DNA of 64,000 bases from a virus: positions 32,001 through 96,000 of IMG/VR virus record IMGVR_UViG_3300020048_000055, one strand, 5' to 3'. The notes beneath the pieces are model-generated. The model did not search any database, had not been told where the DNA came from, and worked only from the letters and a program-made list of their open reading frames with translations. The position numbers and the translations under genes were made by a program. Below are positions 1 through 9,108 of the stretch, in pieces (position 1 is the first letter of the stretch; each line of letters begins with the position of its first letter).

Positions 1-1281
1 GGTGACGGTGAAAGTTATCTGGTTCCATTTAGAAACCAAGGCAACATTACTTGTAACAGCAGAAGCAAAGTTGTATTCAACATTATCCTTCATCCAATAC
101 TGAAAGGTATTGTGTTCCAAGGTCGGGTCAGAAGCAGGTTTCGCTACCGGAGAACCTGAGTTTACTGTCACAGGGCTACCGTCGAAGGTGACGGTGAAGG
201 TTATCTGGTTCCATTTGGAAACCAAGGTGAGGTTGCTTACAATGTGAGTATCAAATCCATATGCTGTATCCCCAATGAACCAACCAAGGAAGGTTTTGTG
301 TGCCTGTACAGGGTCAGCAGGTTTAGTTACAAAATCGCCTGAGTTTACTATTACTGGAGTTCCATCAAAGGTGACGGTGAAAGTGACTCCAGCCCATTTC
401 GATACCAATGAAAGATTGCTGGTGACAGGCTTGGAGAAGTCATAGGCAGAACCATCAAGAAACCATCCCGTAAAGGTGTTGTGTATCCTTATAGGGTCAA
501 CAGAGGGTTTCGTTACCAAAGAACCTTCGATTACAGTGACCGGATTCAAGCCGTCAAAAGTTACGGAAAAGGTTATCTGATTCCACCTAGCTATCAAGGT
601 GATGTCACTTGTTACAGGGGTAGCGAAGTCGTAGGCAATATCGCCGTTATACCAACCAGTAAAAGTATTGTGTTCCAATACAGGGTCAGAAGGTTCAGTT
701 ACTTCTGAGTTGAAATCTACATACTGTGAAGATACATCAGACCCCATGTTAGAATCGAAGGATATAGTGTAGGAATTGATATCCCAACTTGATTTCAGGG
801 AAATATCACTTGTTACAGGGGTAGTGAAGTCGAAAGGAGTGTCATTCTCCTCAGTAGTATCCCCATCAACAAGGTACCAACCAAGGAAGGTTGAACCAGT
901 TTTGGTAGGGTCAGAAGCAGGTTTCGTTATCGGAGAACCTTCAAGTACCGTTACCATATCAACATCATCTGTAAAAGAAACTGTAAAGGTTATCTGATTC
1001 CACATAGCTATCAAGGTGATGTCACTGGTGACGGGGGTATCAAACTTATAAGCAGTACCCTCAAGAAACCAACCCGTAAAGGTATTGTGTTCCAATACTG
1101 GGAAGGGTTTGGGTTCGGTAGCAATCCCTCCAGATTTGATGCTTTGTGAAGCAACTCCAGAGTCGAAAGTAACTGTGTAAAACACAGGAGCTTCAGGAGC
1201 AGGAGCGGAAAGGGTATTGCCAGTATCGCAACCAACTACCAGTGTAGCAAGAACCAGAACCAGAACCATGAGCTTTTTCAT
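1..1281 (-). CDS. Early lipoprotein with tandem InlB B-repeat (Listeria-Bacteroides/Flg_new) domains; 3' end runs off the window
   Basis: Not in the ORF track. GGAGGTACTT-ATG at 1281 reads MKKLMVLVLVLATLVVG|CDTGNTLSAPAPEAPVFYTVTFDSG...HNTFTGWFLEGTAYKFDTPVTSDITLIAMWNQITFTV. This has a lipobox and recurring TVTFD...F.GW....F..PVT....L...W units; DNA repeats at ~1, ~187, ~371 and at ~573/~990. Confidence 0.85.
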   Translation of the reverse strand, partial: MKKLMVLVLVLATLVVGCDTGNTLSAPAPEAPVFYTVTFDSGVASQSIKSGGIATEPKPFPVLEHNTFTGWFLEGTAYKFDTPVTSDITLIAMWNQITFTVSFTDDVDMVTVLEGSPITKPASDPTKTGSTFLGWYLVDGDTTEENDTPFDFTTPVTSDISLKSSWDINSYTISFDSNMGSDVSSQYVDFNSEVTEPSDPVLEHNTFTGWYNGDIAYDFATPVTSDITLIARWNQITFSVTFDGLNPVTVIEGSLVTKPSVDPIRIHNTFTGWFLDGSAYDFSKPVTSNLSLVSKWAGVTFTVTFDGTPVIVNSGDFVTKPADPVQAHKTFLGWFIGDTAYGFDTHIVSNLTLVSKWNQITFTVTFDGSPVTVNSGSPVAKPASDPTLEHNTFQYWMKDNVEYNFASAVTSNVALVSKWNQITFTVT

Positions 1282-1300
1282 AAGTACCTCCGTTTTTTAG

Positions 1301-1351
1301 TACCTTACATATATAATATATAGGACTTTTACGAAAAGTTCAAAACTTTTT
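1301..1351 (-). promoter_or_regulatory. Conserved early sigma70-type promoter element, copy 1
   Basis: TTGAAC-N17-TATATT; 25-bp and 18-bp blocks identical to those at 24886-24936 and 56077-56127. Confidence 0.85.
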
Positions 1352-1357
1352 TACGAA

Positions 1358-1389
1358 TTTACTACGAATTCGTCAAAACTCGTAGTAAA
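1358..1389. repeat. 10-bp perfect inverted repeat (stem-loop) upstream of the early promoter
   Basis: TTTACTACGA-N12-TCGTAGTAAA; TACGAA also occurs at ~1330 and ~1352. Confidence 0.6.
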
Positions 1390-1420
1390 AACGTCAATTT
1401 AGAAAAAGATCAAGCAGTTC

Positions 1421-4400
1421 TTAGACTGAAGGAACCTCTACATTAGCCTCGGGATTGGTTGTAGATGCAAGGAATTTTTTATTTGTATAATCATTCATAA
1501 CATCTACAAACATTACATCATCCCCATCCATTCCTAGGGCATGGGTATGATTCAAAATCATATCATACAAAATGGCACCCATGGCAACCATATCACTGTA
1601 AGAAGGTACTGCTTGAGAGAGTACTTCTGCTAAAGGCCCTTGAGCAGGAAGGTTTGGACCAAGTAATTCACCACTTGCACCAAGAGAATATCCACTAATA
1701 TCCGTAGGGATTATGGAAGTAATTGCATTTGCCCTAACAATTGGAGCATCTGTAATCGTACTACCCTCAGAAGTACCGAAGAAGATGTTACCATTATTTT
1801 GAAGGTTATTAATTGCAACCCTAACGGCTTCTGCGAGGGTTTCCGTTGCTATAGAAGCTTTTCCATTAATAACAGTATTTTGAGCATTATTCTTAGCAGT
1901 AATGAAAGTTTTCATTTTAGTAAGATCCTCAATCAACTGGTCGATATCTTGAGCGACCCTTGTATCTGTTGCAAGAGCAAAACTTATATCGGTAGTCTCA
2001 TCATCATCCCCTGATAGGGTAATTACTGAAGTTTGAGATATAAGACCATCAGAATAAGAATTAGCTGAAGATAAAGTAGCTTCATCCTGATCATCAATGT
2101 AGGAATCAGTAGCAGATATTTTGCTTTGGAGAGCAGTCATATCACCTTGGTAGGTTACAAGGGAAACTAAGTTCTCAGTTTTTGATTCTGAGTCTACAGA
2201 GAGTACACCTGCTGTTCCGACACCTCCTGCATCAAAGGTTAGAATATTTGAATCAATAGACCTATCAATGATAGCTTGAGAAACCTGAGTAGCATCTTGA
2301 AAGATTGCATTTGCAGATTTAACAGAATAAACTTTAGTATCAACGTCATTGGCACCTGCTTCTTTTACCGTTTTGGATGCAACAATATCTATTAACTTAA
2401 AGTTTGTTTTATTGAGGTCGAAGGTTATACCACCAAGTGCTTTGAGACGTAAATTGAGGGCAGTATTGCTCCAACCTTTTGGTGCCTTTGTTGTGAATAT
2501 TGCAGGACTATTATTTTCGGCATAGTCGGCTTCTGTATCAATAACAACATCTGCACCATCTTTAATTACTTGATACTTAGAAAGAGAATGTTCGATAGTA
2601 GAAGCGTCACCCGTGGTTTGGGTGAATACGGGATAGTAGTTATCGCCTGTTACAACCTTTCTGATATCAGCGAGAGACTCATCTGCATCAACGAAACCTG
2701 TAAGGTCTGCGAGGTTTGTAGCAAGGTGTGAAGTATCGGATTCGATGGCATCGAGTCTTGCTTTTTGAGAATCGTCACTGGTATCATTAGCATTTATCCA
2801 ATTTTCAATTTGGGTAATATGACCATAAACAGTAGTTGAGTCTACCACAACATTTGAGTCTGTGTCTGAGTAAGTAGCAGGAACTCCCGGCATGGCAGTC
2901 ATATCCGCTTTAGAGCCAAGTTCAAGTCTAAGGTCGAAAAAGGCATCATTAGTAGAAACATAGTCAAGAAGGTTTTCAATAGTTCCAGAGGATTTAGTAA
3001 AATTAGCGATTGAGAATAACTTATCATCCCCATTTACAGAATCACCCTTAAAGACACCATCATACTTTGCCTCGAACGAGTTCATTTTATCCATACCAAT
3101 AAATGTACGAATAGAACGTATAGAGTTTTCAAGAATCTTGAAACGTGAAGGACGTTCACTGTTTCCGAGTAGGTCAGAGAACAGTTTGCTTCTATTACCA
3201 CTTGAGATAGGTTTAGATTCAACACCAGTGTCAGAGACATTATTGGTAACAATTTCTTCACTATCTATATCGAACCAAGTTGTATTTTTTGATGCTACGT
3301 CATTATTTATTACAGCACCTGATATAGGGGTTATCCCACTTGGGTCTTCTGTAGTAAGGATACGTTTTGGAGTTGCATAACTGAGCTTAATCATATTTGA
3401 GATAATATTATCTGTGATATCATAGAGTTCAGCACCTGCACCAAGAGACTCAGTATTGAAGTGGTCATAGGTTGAAGCGGAATTATCTGACATTTTTCCG
3501 AACACTGTTTTAAGGAGTGCATTTACGTCAGAAGAAACTGTATAGCTTGTTTCGACTACAATATTACCATCACTGATATAGTATCCGGTATTTTCCAAGT
3601 CAACACTTACTACAGGAGTATAAACTGCTGTCTGTCCTGTTCCAGTTTTTGTGTACTTAGTGATAAGGGTATCTGCAACTTCTTGTAGGGTTGCAATGTG
3701 ATAGGTATTATTTACGTAAGAAGACTCTACGTCTTTATTGTAGATTGTACCAAGTCTAGTATTTACAAAGTTTGAGTAATTTTCTTCTCTACGAACTCTG
3801 GAATAAATCTCACTTACTACATCATGAAGGTTTGTTTGTTTCTTAATGTTTCTTGCAGTAACATCATTGTAGACAGATCCATTTAATAGGATATTAGAAC
3901 CATCAATCCTTTCTTCGTCATTGATATACTTGAGACCACTCCATTTAGAAAGTCTTAAACAGAAATCCTTTACTGAGCTAATATTTCTATTGAAAGAATG
4001 GATTGCGGATTCACCATCGGTATAGTTACCAGTTAAATCAGTTGCTCCATTATTTGCCTGACCTGTCATGAATCCGTAAATTTTATCCAAGTCTGTGGTA
4101 AGGATACCATCTTCAAAGTCACGATTTTTATCAAGCATACGAGAAAGTACATCAAGAGAACGTTCGATTGTGTCTATTCTATTACTTACACTTTTCATTA
4201 AGCGGTCTGGATAATCAGAATGGGTAGCTTCATTAGCATTAAAGTTATGGATAGGAAGAATGTCTTTTCCTAATGTATCTACAAGAACGTCCAAGAATGA
4301 TGCGTAAGTATCATAATCTTTTTTGCTTGTAGGAAGAGTAGGGGTATATTCAGTCAGGTCTTCCAGACCTATTTCCGTAGCACCTTTTAAGACTTTACCA

Positions 4401-7400
4401 TTAAATGTTCTAAGACCATCTAAATTATTTACCGCAGTACTTGAAAAATCCTGATAAGAGTTATTATAGTTTAGAGTAAAGGAATAAAGTTTCTTAGATA
4501 GAAGGTCAATTCTTGAACCATATTTATCAAAAGGAACTGAAGCAGAATCGTCTGCATCATGATAGGTTTGTTCAAGGTCATCGGTAGCACCATCAAAATA
4601 AACTTCCTTTATAATGTGTTCAATATTTTCTCTGATAGTATCAAGTCTTTGTGGACGTGAATCAATATTGTCTCTTCCATTTATGTTTTTTGTGAGAGCA
4701 TCAACCTTTATGCAGATACGATTTACTGCATCGTTCAAACCATCGAACTCATCATTTGTAGTTCCAGTTAAGGGGTTGAAAGTTTCAGGAGTAACTGCAA
4801 ATTGTTTTAGTCTGTATGCGTCAGTAGTTTCCTCTTCCAGAGAAGTTGTTCTTACATCTTGAACTGCGGGATGAAGAATGTCAGGGTAAGTGGAACCTTT
4901 TACTTCAATTAAGTTTATGAGTTCACTACCATTTGAGGTTCGAGCATTTTCACCATTTACTTCTGCATCGAGTCTATCAATACGACCTAGTTTTAAGTCA
5001 TCTAAGCTCTTGATATATTTTTGAATTCCTGCATCTTCTAATGTAGGGGAATCACTTATTAATGAATATACTTCACCTATTTTGATATAAAACTCATCCG
5101 TTGGGTGTGCAGTAACATAAGCTTGGGTAACTTCAAAGTATGAAACTTGAGAAACAATATTTGATGGGTCAGCCTGATCAAACAATTCCTTACAAAGTGC
5201 CCTTACAAGACGGTTAAGTCCAAGTTGAGTTGGGTCTTGATTTACTGAGTCAGTATTAATTTGAGCTTCACGGAGACCGGGTATTGTAGGAGCATCAGAA
5301 CCACCAACAGAAGTTTCCACCATGAGTAAACGTTCCTGTGTTTCCTTAGCGGCTTTTAACAACAGACCCACCGTTGACTGGATACTTTGTGCTTTTCCAG
5401 AAGTATCTACAATTAAGCTTAAGTAGTCACGAATTGCATCTACCTGCTCAGGAGTATAACTATATTTAAAAGTTCTGTCAGAAGGTGCTTCCGTCTGATA
5501 CATGTCCGAGTATATTGAACGAGTACTTGCAGTTGAATTAGCCACGTTATCCTGACGAACAATAATTACAGGGCTTTCTTCATCTACTTGTGTTTCAACA
5601 TCGATGTACTGAGGAATAATATTTCTTGCATCAGAGGTTCTTTCTGTGATAATACCCAAGTAATTCTTGAAACATGCTGGGTCATTTTTATACTTGAACT
5701 CATATATTGGGAGTTCATAGGTAGCTTGAAGGGCACTAAAGTCATCCAAGATTCCATCAGTATTTGTATGCAATGCACCTGAAGAAACTATATTCTTAAA
5801 GTTTATAGAAGACCCTACATCGAAAGACTGAGCTACAACCCTTGCAAGTACGTTACCTTTCTTAAAAATAAAGTCATGAGTAAGCTCATTTGTTTTGTCA
5901 GCATCGAAGTCTGGCATGAATACTTTTAGGGCGGCAAGGGCATCGATATAAGCTTGAGAGCCTGTATCCCCAATTGTATGTAAGGCAACAAAATTATTAA
6001 TAGCAGGTTGAACAGCACTGGTAAAATGGGTAGAGATTAATTTTTGTTCAATTCCATTTTTAATATTGGAGTCGGAAACTTCGTAGTTTGATAAAGACTT
6101 CACTGTAGAAGTAGCAAAAGATTTCTTTTGTCCCGAAGTATTTACTTCAAGGTTTGCAAGTTCAACAACCGTTGCACCAGAAAGATTGTACTTAATTTTA
6201 TTTTCAATTTCAAGTACTCTATCTGTTCCCACGAAAGGAATGAATGAACCATCTTCATTAGCAATAGAAGACTCGGTGATAAGAGACTTTCCTACTTTGA
6301 ATCCTCTCAATTTTGCCGAGTTGATAGTACCATCTTTTCCATTAAGTAAACCATGAACAGTGTTAGTTGTGGATACTGCATTTCCCTCATGAGTGGATAG
6401 TCTTGAAAGAGGGATTAAGTCGTTGGCTGACCAAGTTTCAGGTTTTTCTAAAGAAACATAGGTAAGTTTTTTTGTGGCAGGGTTATAGGTTAGTGCTAAC
6501 GACCCTGTATCCTCATATAAACTTAAAGTTCCATAAATCTTTTCTTCACCATGAAGAACAAGAGAACCCTGTACTAACTCTGTACCAATATTAAGATTGG
6601 TGTTGTCAATAGTGTTTATTGAAATATGGTCTTGAAGGTACTGAATAACGGCTTGACCTGATACAGCATTAAGAACACCGTTTTCTGCATTATCTACAAG
6701 AGACTGAGAAACGTAATTCTTGAAAAGTCCATCAACATCAAACTGTCTATCCCATACTTCTTTCTTCGATACGAATACTTTATATTCTTTACCATAGCAA
6801 GGAATAGGTGCTTGAGAAGTTCCATCTTGAATAGCAATACCATAACCTTGCCCAATCTCTGCGGAGAGAATATATTGACCATAGGGGTTTTGTACTGAGG
6901 AGTTATTCTTAGAAACTTTCCATCTATATCCAAACTGTTGAGTATTGTTATAGGTAAAATATCCCTGAGGAATTTCTTGCCAGTCTACATGTAAACCCTC
7001 TGTAGTTGGATTAAGAGCAACATATAATTTAATGTCAAGTGACTCTAAATCAACCGACTTAAATCCATCCTGCATTGGACCCCATAACACTAAATCACTT
7101 ACATCCAAAGAGGCGTTTAATGAAAGACCTGCATAGTTGGCATCGTCCAAAGGTTCAGTACTAAATGTTCCGAAATATCTCTTGATAGCGATACGGGGAA
7201 TATCTTTGAATATTCCATGTTTAATATATTTTATTTGAGCAACTTTTCCATTACCAAAAGTTACAGCAGGTACGATGAATGTGGTAAGACCCTCACCATC
7301 AAAGAGAATTGAAAGGTCAGTTTCCGAGAAATATCCATGAAGTCTGTCAAAGAAATCCTGATTTTCTTCTGTTACTGTATAGCGAGTAATCCCATCACAA

Positions 7401-9037
7401 AGAATGAAACCATATTCTGCCACACCATTTACGGAGGGTTTCATGTAACCTACAGGAATATCACCATCGGCATATTGTTTAACCTCTCCACAATCTACTA
7501 TAAGATTATATTTAGAGGTTGAAGTACCGATAGATACAATAGAGTTAAAGTATTCATTTACTGTGTGAGTTTTAATTCTACCATTGAAACCAAGGAAGTA
7601 TTCTGTACCGGCTTCAAACTTTGCAGAGGGTGTACGAAAAAGTCCATTGCGGATAAATAATGCTCTATCCCCTATTTCATAATCGGCGTTATATACATTT
7701 GAGAAATAAACACCTAAGATGTTTTGACGTGCACCTATACGAATATCTGCATAAACAGCTCTACCCTTATTATAGGTTGAACCATGAAGAGGAACAAAAG
7801 TTTTACCAAAGAAAGTAGAAATCTCTTTTGAAACATGGAAATCATAGTATCCACCAAAAGTATTTGCTACCAATTTAGCATGATACCCTGTTATAATATC
7901 TTCTGCATTATTAAGGTAGTTGCTACTGTTAAGAAGGAACTCAGTTATTTCTCCGTCAGATACAAAGGAGATTGCTTGATTAAGTGCGTTTCTAATTATT
8001 ACTATCAACGGGTCAATACTTGACTGACCTTGTATTAGAGATGTGGTATTTAAGTTTATAACCAATAAAGATTCTGATGGTATAGCAAAAGTTCCAGCAT
8101 AGTGTTCTGCAAGATTAATGAAAGCTTCATCCTGATAATCGGTAACTGAGTTTGAAGAAGGATATACTGAACTATTCATCATTATGAAAGCAGATTTTCC
8201 ATCCATTCTAGTAATTCCGAAAAATCCAGTATTTGGGATTGAGGTTGAGTTGCTTGGAGCAGTATATAAGAAATCCACAGTAAGAGAATTGTCTTCCTCA
8301 CATCCAATAGCAAATACTCTAACTGGGTCTGTTTCTGAAAAACGAGCTTTTTCACCAAAGATTCCCTCAAATACATTGAAGTCTATAACTCCACGACTAT
8401 CTCCATCAGGTTGAATCTCAAGAGTAGTATATACTTCAGTCCCATTGAAAGGTGCATCGGTAACAAAACCGATGTGAATAACTTTAGAGTAAGAGGAATA
8501 CGATTCTTCTGGATTTATTGTAAGTTCACCACGAATGAATTGCTTCTTACCGTTTACCAGTATTGGATCATCATTATTATCAAGGACATATCCACCCCTA
8601 ACATATACTGATTTACCTATGCTTTCGGTGAAGGAGAAATTTGGATTATATTCAGTAAGAGATGATTTTGTACTGGTATAAATAATCTTACCAATAGGAA
8701 GAACGTGTACTGGTTGACCTACTTCTGCATATTCAAGAGCAACACCCAAACTTCTTGTGTGCCAATTTGTATTGGTAAGAACAAGATATGAATGATTGTC
8801 AGTTGACTTGTCTCCAAGAGAATCTAAGTAAGCGTAATCTTCATCTATCGCAATAGATACCGGTTGACCACGTTTAATTGTTTCTCCTGCAAAATAGGAG
8901 CTAAGAGGTTGTAGCCATTTAGTGGAAGTTGGTTCATCTCCCTCTGTCTTGTAGGCATATCTTAACTGACCAGTTCTATCAGATATCCAAGTAAGACCGT
9001 CCTTATATTCTACATTTGTTACGTCATTCTCTGCCAT
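1421..9037 (-). CDS. Giant tail fibre/virion protein (2538 aa) with tail-collar-like motif and internal Peptidase S74-like chaperone
   Basis: IPVGYMKP...GFILCDG collar-like motif (~7260-7470); GSSINFKNI...LPIYEFKYK...LGIITE...VGLLLKAAKETQERL S74-like motif set (~5310-5815); recurring R(I/L)DxI/L coiled segments in the C-terminal half. Confidence 0.7.
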   Translation of the reverse strand: MAENDVTNVEYKDGLTWISDRTGQLRYAYKTEGDEPTSTKWLQPLSSYFAGETIKRGQPVSIAIDEDYAYLDSLGDKSTDNHSYLVLTNTNWHTRSLGVALEYAEVGQPVHVLPIGKIIYTSTKSSLTEYNPNFSFTESIGKSVYVRGGYVLDNNDDPILVNGKKQFIRGELTINPEESYSSYSKVIHIGFVTDAPFNGTEVYTTLEIQPDGDSRGVIDFNVFEGIFGEKARFSETDPVRVFAIGCEEDNSLTVDFLYTAPSNSTSIPNTGFFGITRMDGKSAFIMMNSSVYPSSNSVTDYQDEAFINLAEHYAGTFAIPSESLLVINLNTTSLIQGQSSIDPLIVIIRNALNQAISFVSDGEITEFLLNSSNYLNNAEDIITGYHAKLVANTFGGYYDFHVSKEISTFFGKTFVPLHGSTYNKGRAVYADIRIGARQNILGVYFSNVYNADYEIGDRALFIRNGLFRTPSAKFEAGTEYFLGFNGRIKTHTVNEYFNSIVSIGTSTSKYNLIVDCGEVKQYADGDIPVGYMKPSVNGVAEYGFILCDGITRYTVTEENQDFFDRLHGYFSETDLSILFDGEGLTTFIVPAVTFGNGKVAQIKYIKHGIFKDIPRIAIKRYFGTFSTEPLDDANYAGLSLNASLDVSDLVLWGPMQDGFKSVDLESLDIKLYVALNPTTEGLHVDWQEIPQGYFTYNNTQQFGYRWKVSKNNSSVQNPYGQYILSAEIGQGYGIAIQDGTSQAPIPCYGKEYKVFVSKKEVWDRQFDVDGLFKNYVSQSLVDNAENGVLNAVSGQAVIQYLQDHISINTIDNTNLNIGTELVQGSLVLHGEEKIYGTLSLYEDTGSLALTYNPATKKLTYVSLEKPETWSANDLIPLSRLSTHEGNAVSTTNTVHGLLNGKDGTINSAKLRGFKVGKSLITESSIANEDGSFIPFVGTDRVLEIENKIKYNLSGATVVELANLEVNTSGQKKSFATSTVKSLSNYEVSDSNIKNGIEQKLISTHFTSAVQPAINNFVALHTIGDTGSQAYIDALAALKVFMPDFDADKTNELTHDFIFKKGNVLARVVAQSFDVGSSINFKNIVSSGALHTNTDGILDDFSALQATYELPIYEFKYKNDPACFKNYLGIITERTSDARNIIPQYIDVETQVDEESPVIIVRQDNVANSTASTRSIYSDMYQTEAPSDRTFKYSYTPEQVDAIRDYLSLIVDTSGKAQSIQSTVGLLLKAAKETQERLLMVETSVGGSDAPTIPGLREAQINTDSVNQDPTQLGLNRLVRALCKELFDQADPSNIVSQVSYFEVTQAYVTAHPTDEFYIKIGEVYSLISDSPTLEDAGIQKYIKSLDDLKLGRIDRLDAEVNGENARTSNGSELINLIEVKGSTYPDILHPAVQDVRTTSLEEETTDAYRLKQFAVTPETFNPLTGTTNDEFDGLNDAVNRICIKVDALTKNINGRDNIDSRPQRLDTIRENIEHIIKEVYFDGATDDLEQTYHDADDSASVPFDKYGSRIDLLSKKLYSFTLNYNNSYQDFSSTAVNNLDGLRTFNGKVLKGATEIGLEDLTEYTPTLPTSKKDYDTYASFLDVLVDTLGKDILPIHNFNANEATHSDYPDRLMKSVSNRIDTIERSLDVLSRMLDKNRDFEDGILTTDLDKIYGFMTGQANNGATDLTGNYTDGESAIHSFNRNISSVKDFCLRLSKWSGLKYINDEERIDGSNILLNGSVYNDVTARNIKKQTNLHDVVSEIYSRVRREENYSNFVNTRLGTIYNKDVESSYVNNTYHIATLQEVADTLITKYTKTGTGQTAVYTPVVSVDLENTGYYISDGNIVVETSYTVSSDVNALLKTVFGKMSDNSASTYDHFNTESLGAGAELYDITDNIISNMIKLSYATPKRILTTEDPSGITPISGAVINNDVASKNTTWFDIDSEEIVTNNVSDTGVESKPISSGNRSKLFSDLLGNSERPSRFKILENSIRSIRTFIGMDKMNSFEAKYDGVFKGDSVNGDDKLFSIANFTKSSGTIENLLDYVSTNDAFFDLRLELGSKADMTAMPGVPATYSDTDSNVVVDSTTVYGHITQIENWINANDTSDDSQKARLDAIESDTSHLATNLADLTGFVDADESLADIRKVVTGDNYYPVFTQTTGDASTIEHSLSKYQVIKDGADVVIDTEADYAENNSPAIFTTKAPKGWSNTALNLRLKALGGITFDLNKTNFKLIDIVASKTVKEAGANDVDTKVYSVKSANAIFQDATQVSQAIIDRSIDSNILTFDAGGVGTAGVLSVDSESKTENLVSLVTYQGDMTALQSKISATDSYIDDQDEATLSSANSYSDGLISQTSVITLSGDDDETTDISFALATDTRVAQDIDQLIEDLTKMKTFITAKNNAQNTVINGKASIATETLAEAVRVAINNLQNNGNIFFGTSEGSTITDAPIVRANAITSIIPTDISGYSLGASGELLGPNLPAQGPLAEVLSQAVPSYSDMVAMGAILYDMILNHTHALGMDGDDVMFVDVMNDYTNKKFLASTTNPEANVEVPSV

Positions 9038-9075
9038 ATATAAATCCTTTTTTGAGTTATTAAAAACTTGATAAA

Positions 9076-9085
9076 TAATTAGTTG
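9076..9085 (-). promoter_or_regulatory. Putative late promoter motif CAACTAATTA
   Basis: Same motif upstream of many structural genes (listed in findings). Confidence 0.6.
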
Positions 9086-9108
9086 TTTATTTGAGTTATC
9101 TAATTATA

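Noticed and set aside
481-1235. Short ORFs 481-708, 776-997 and 1011-1235
   Set aside because: They are shadows of the real - strand lipoprotein ORF that starts at 1281.
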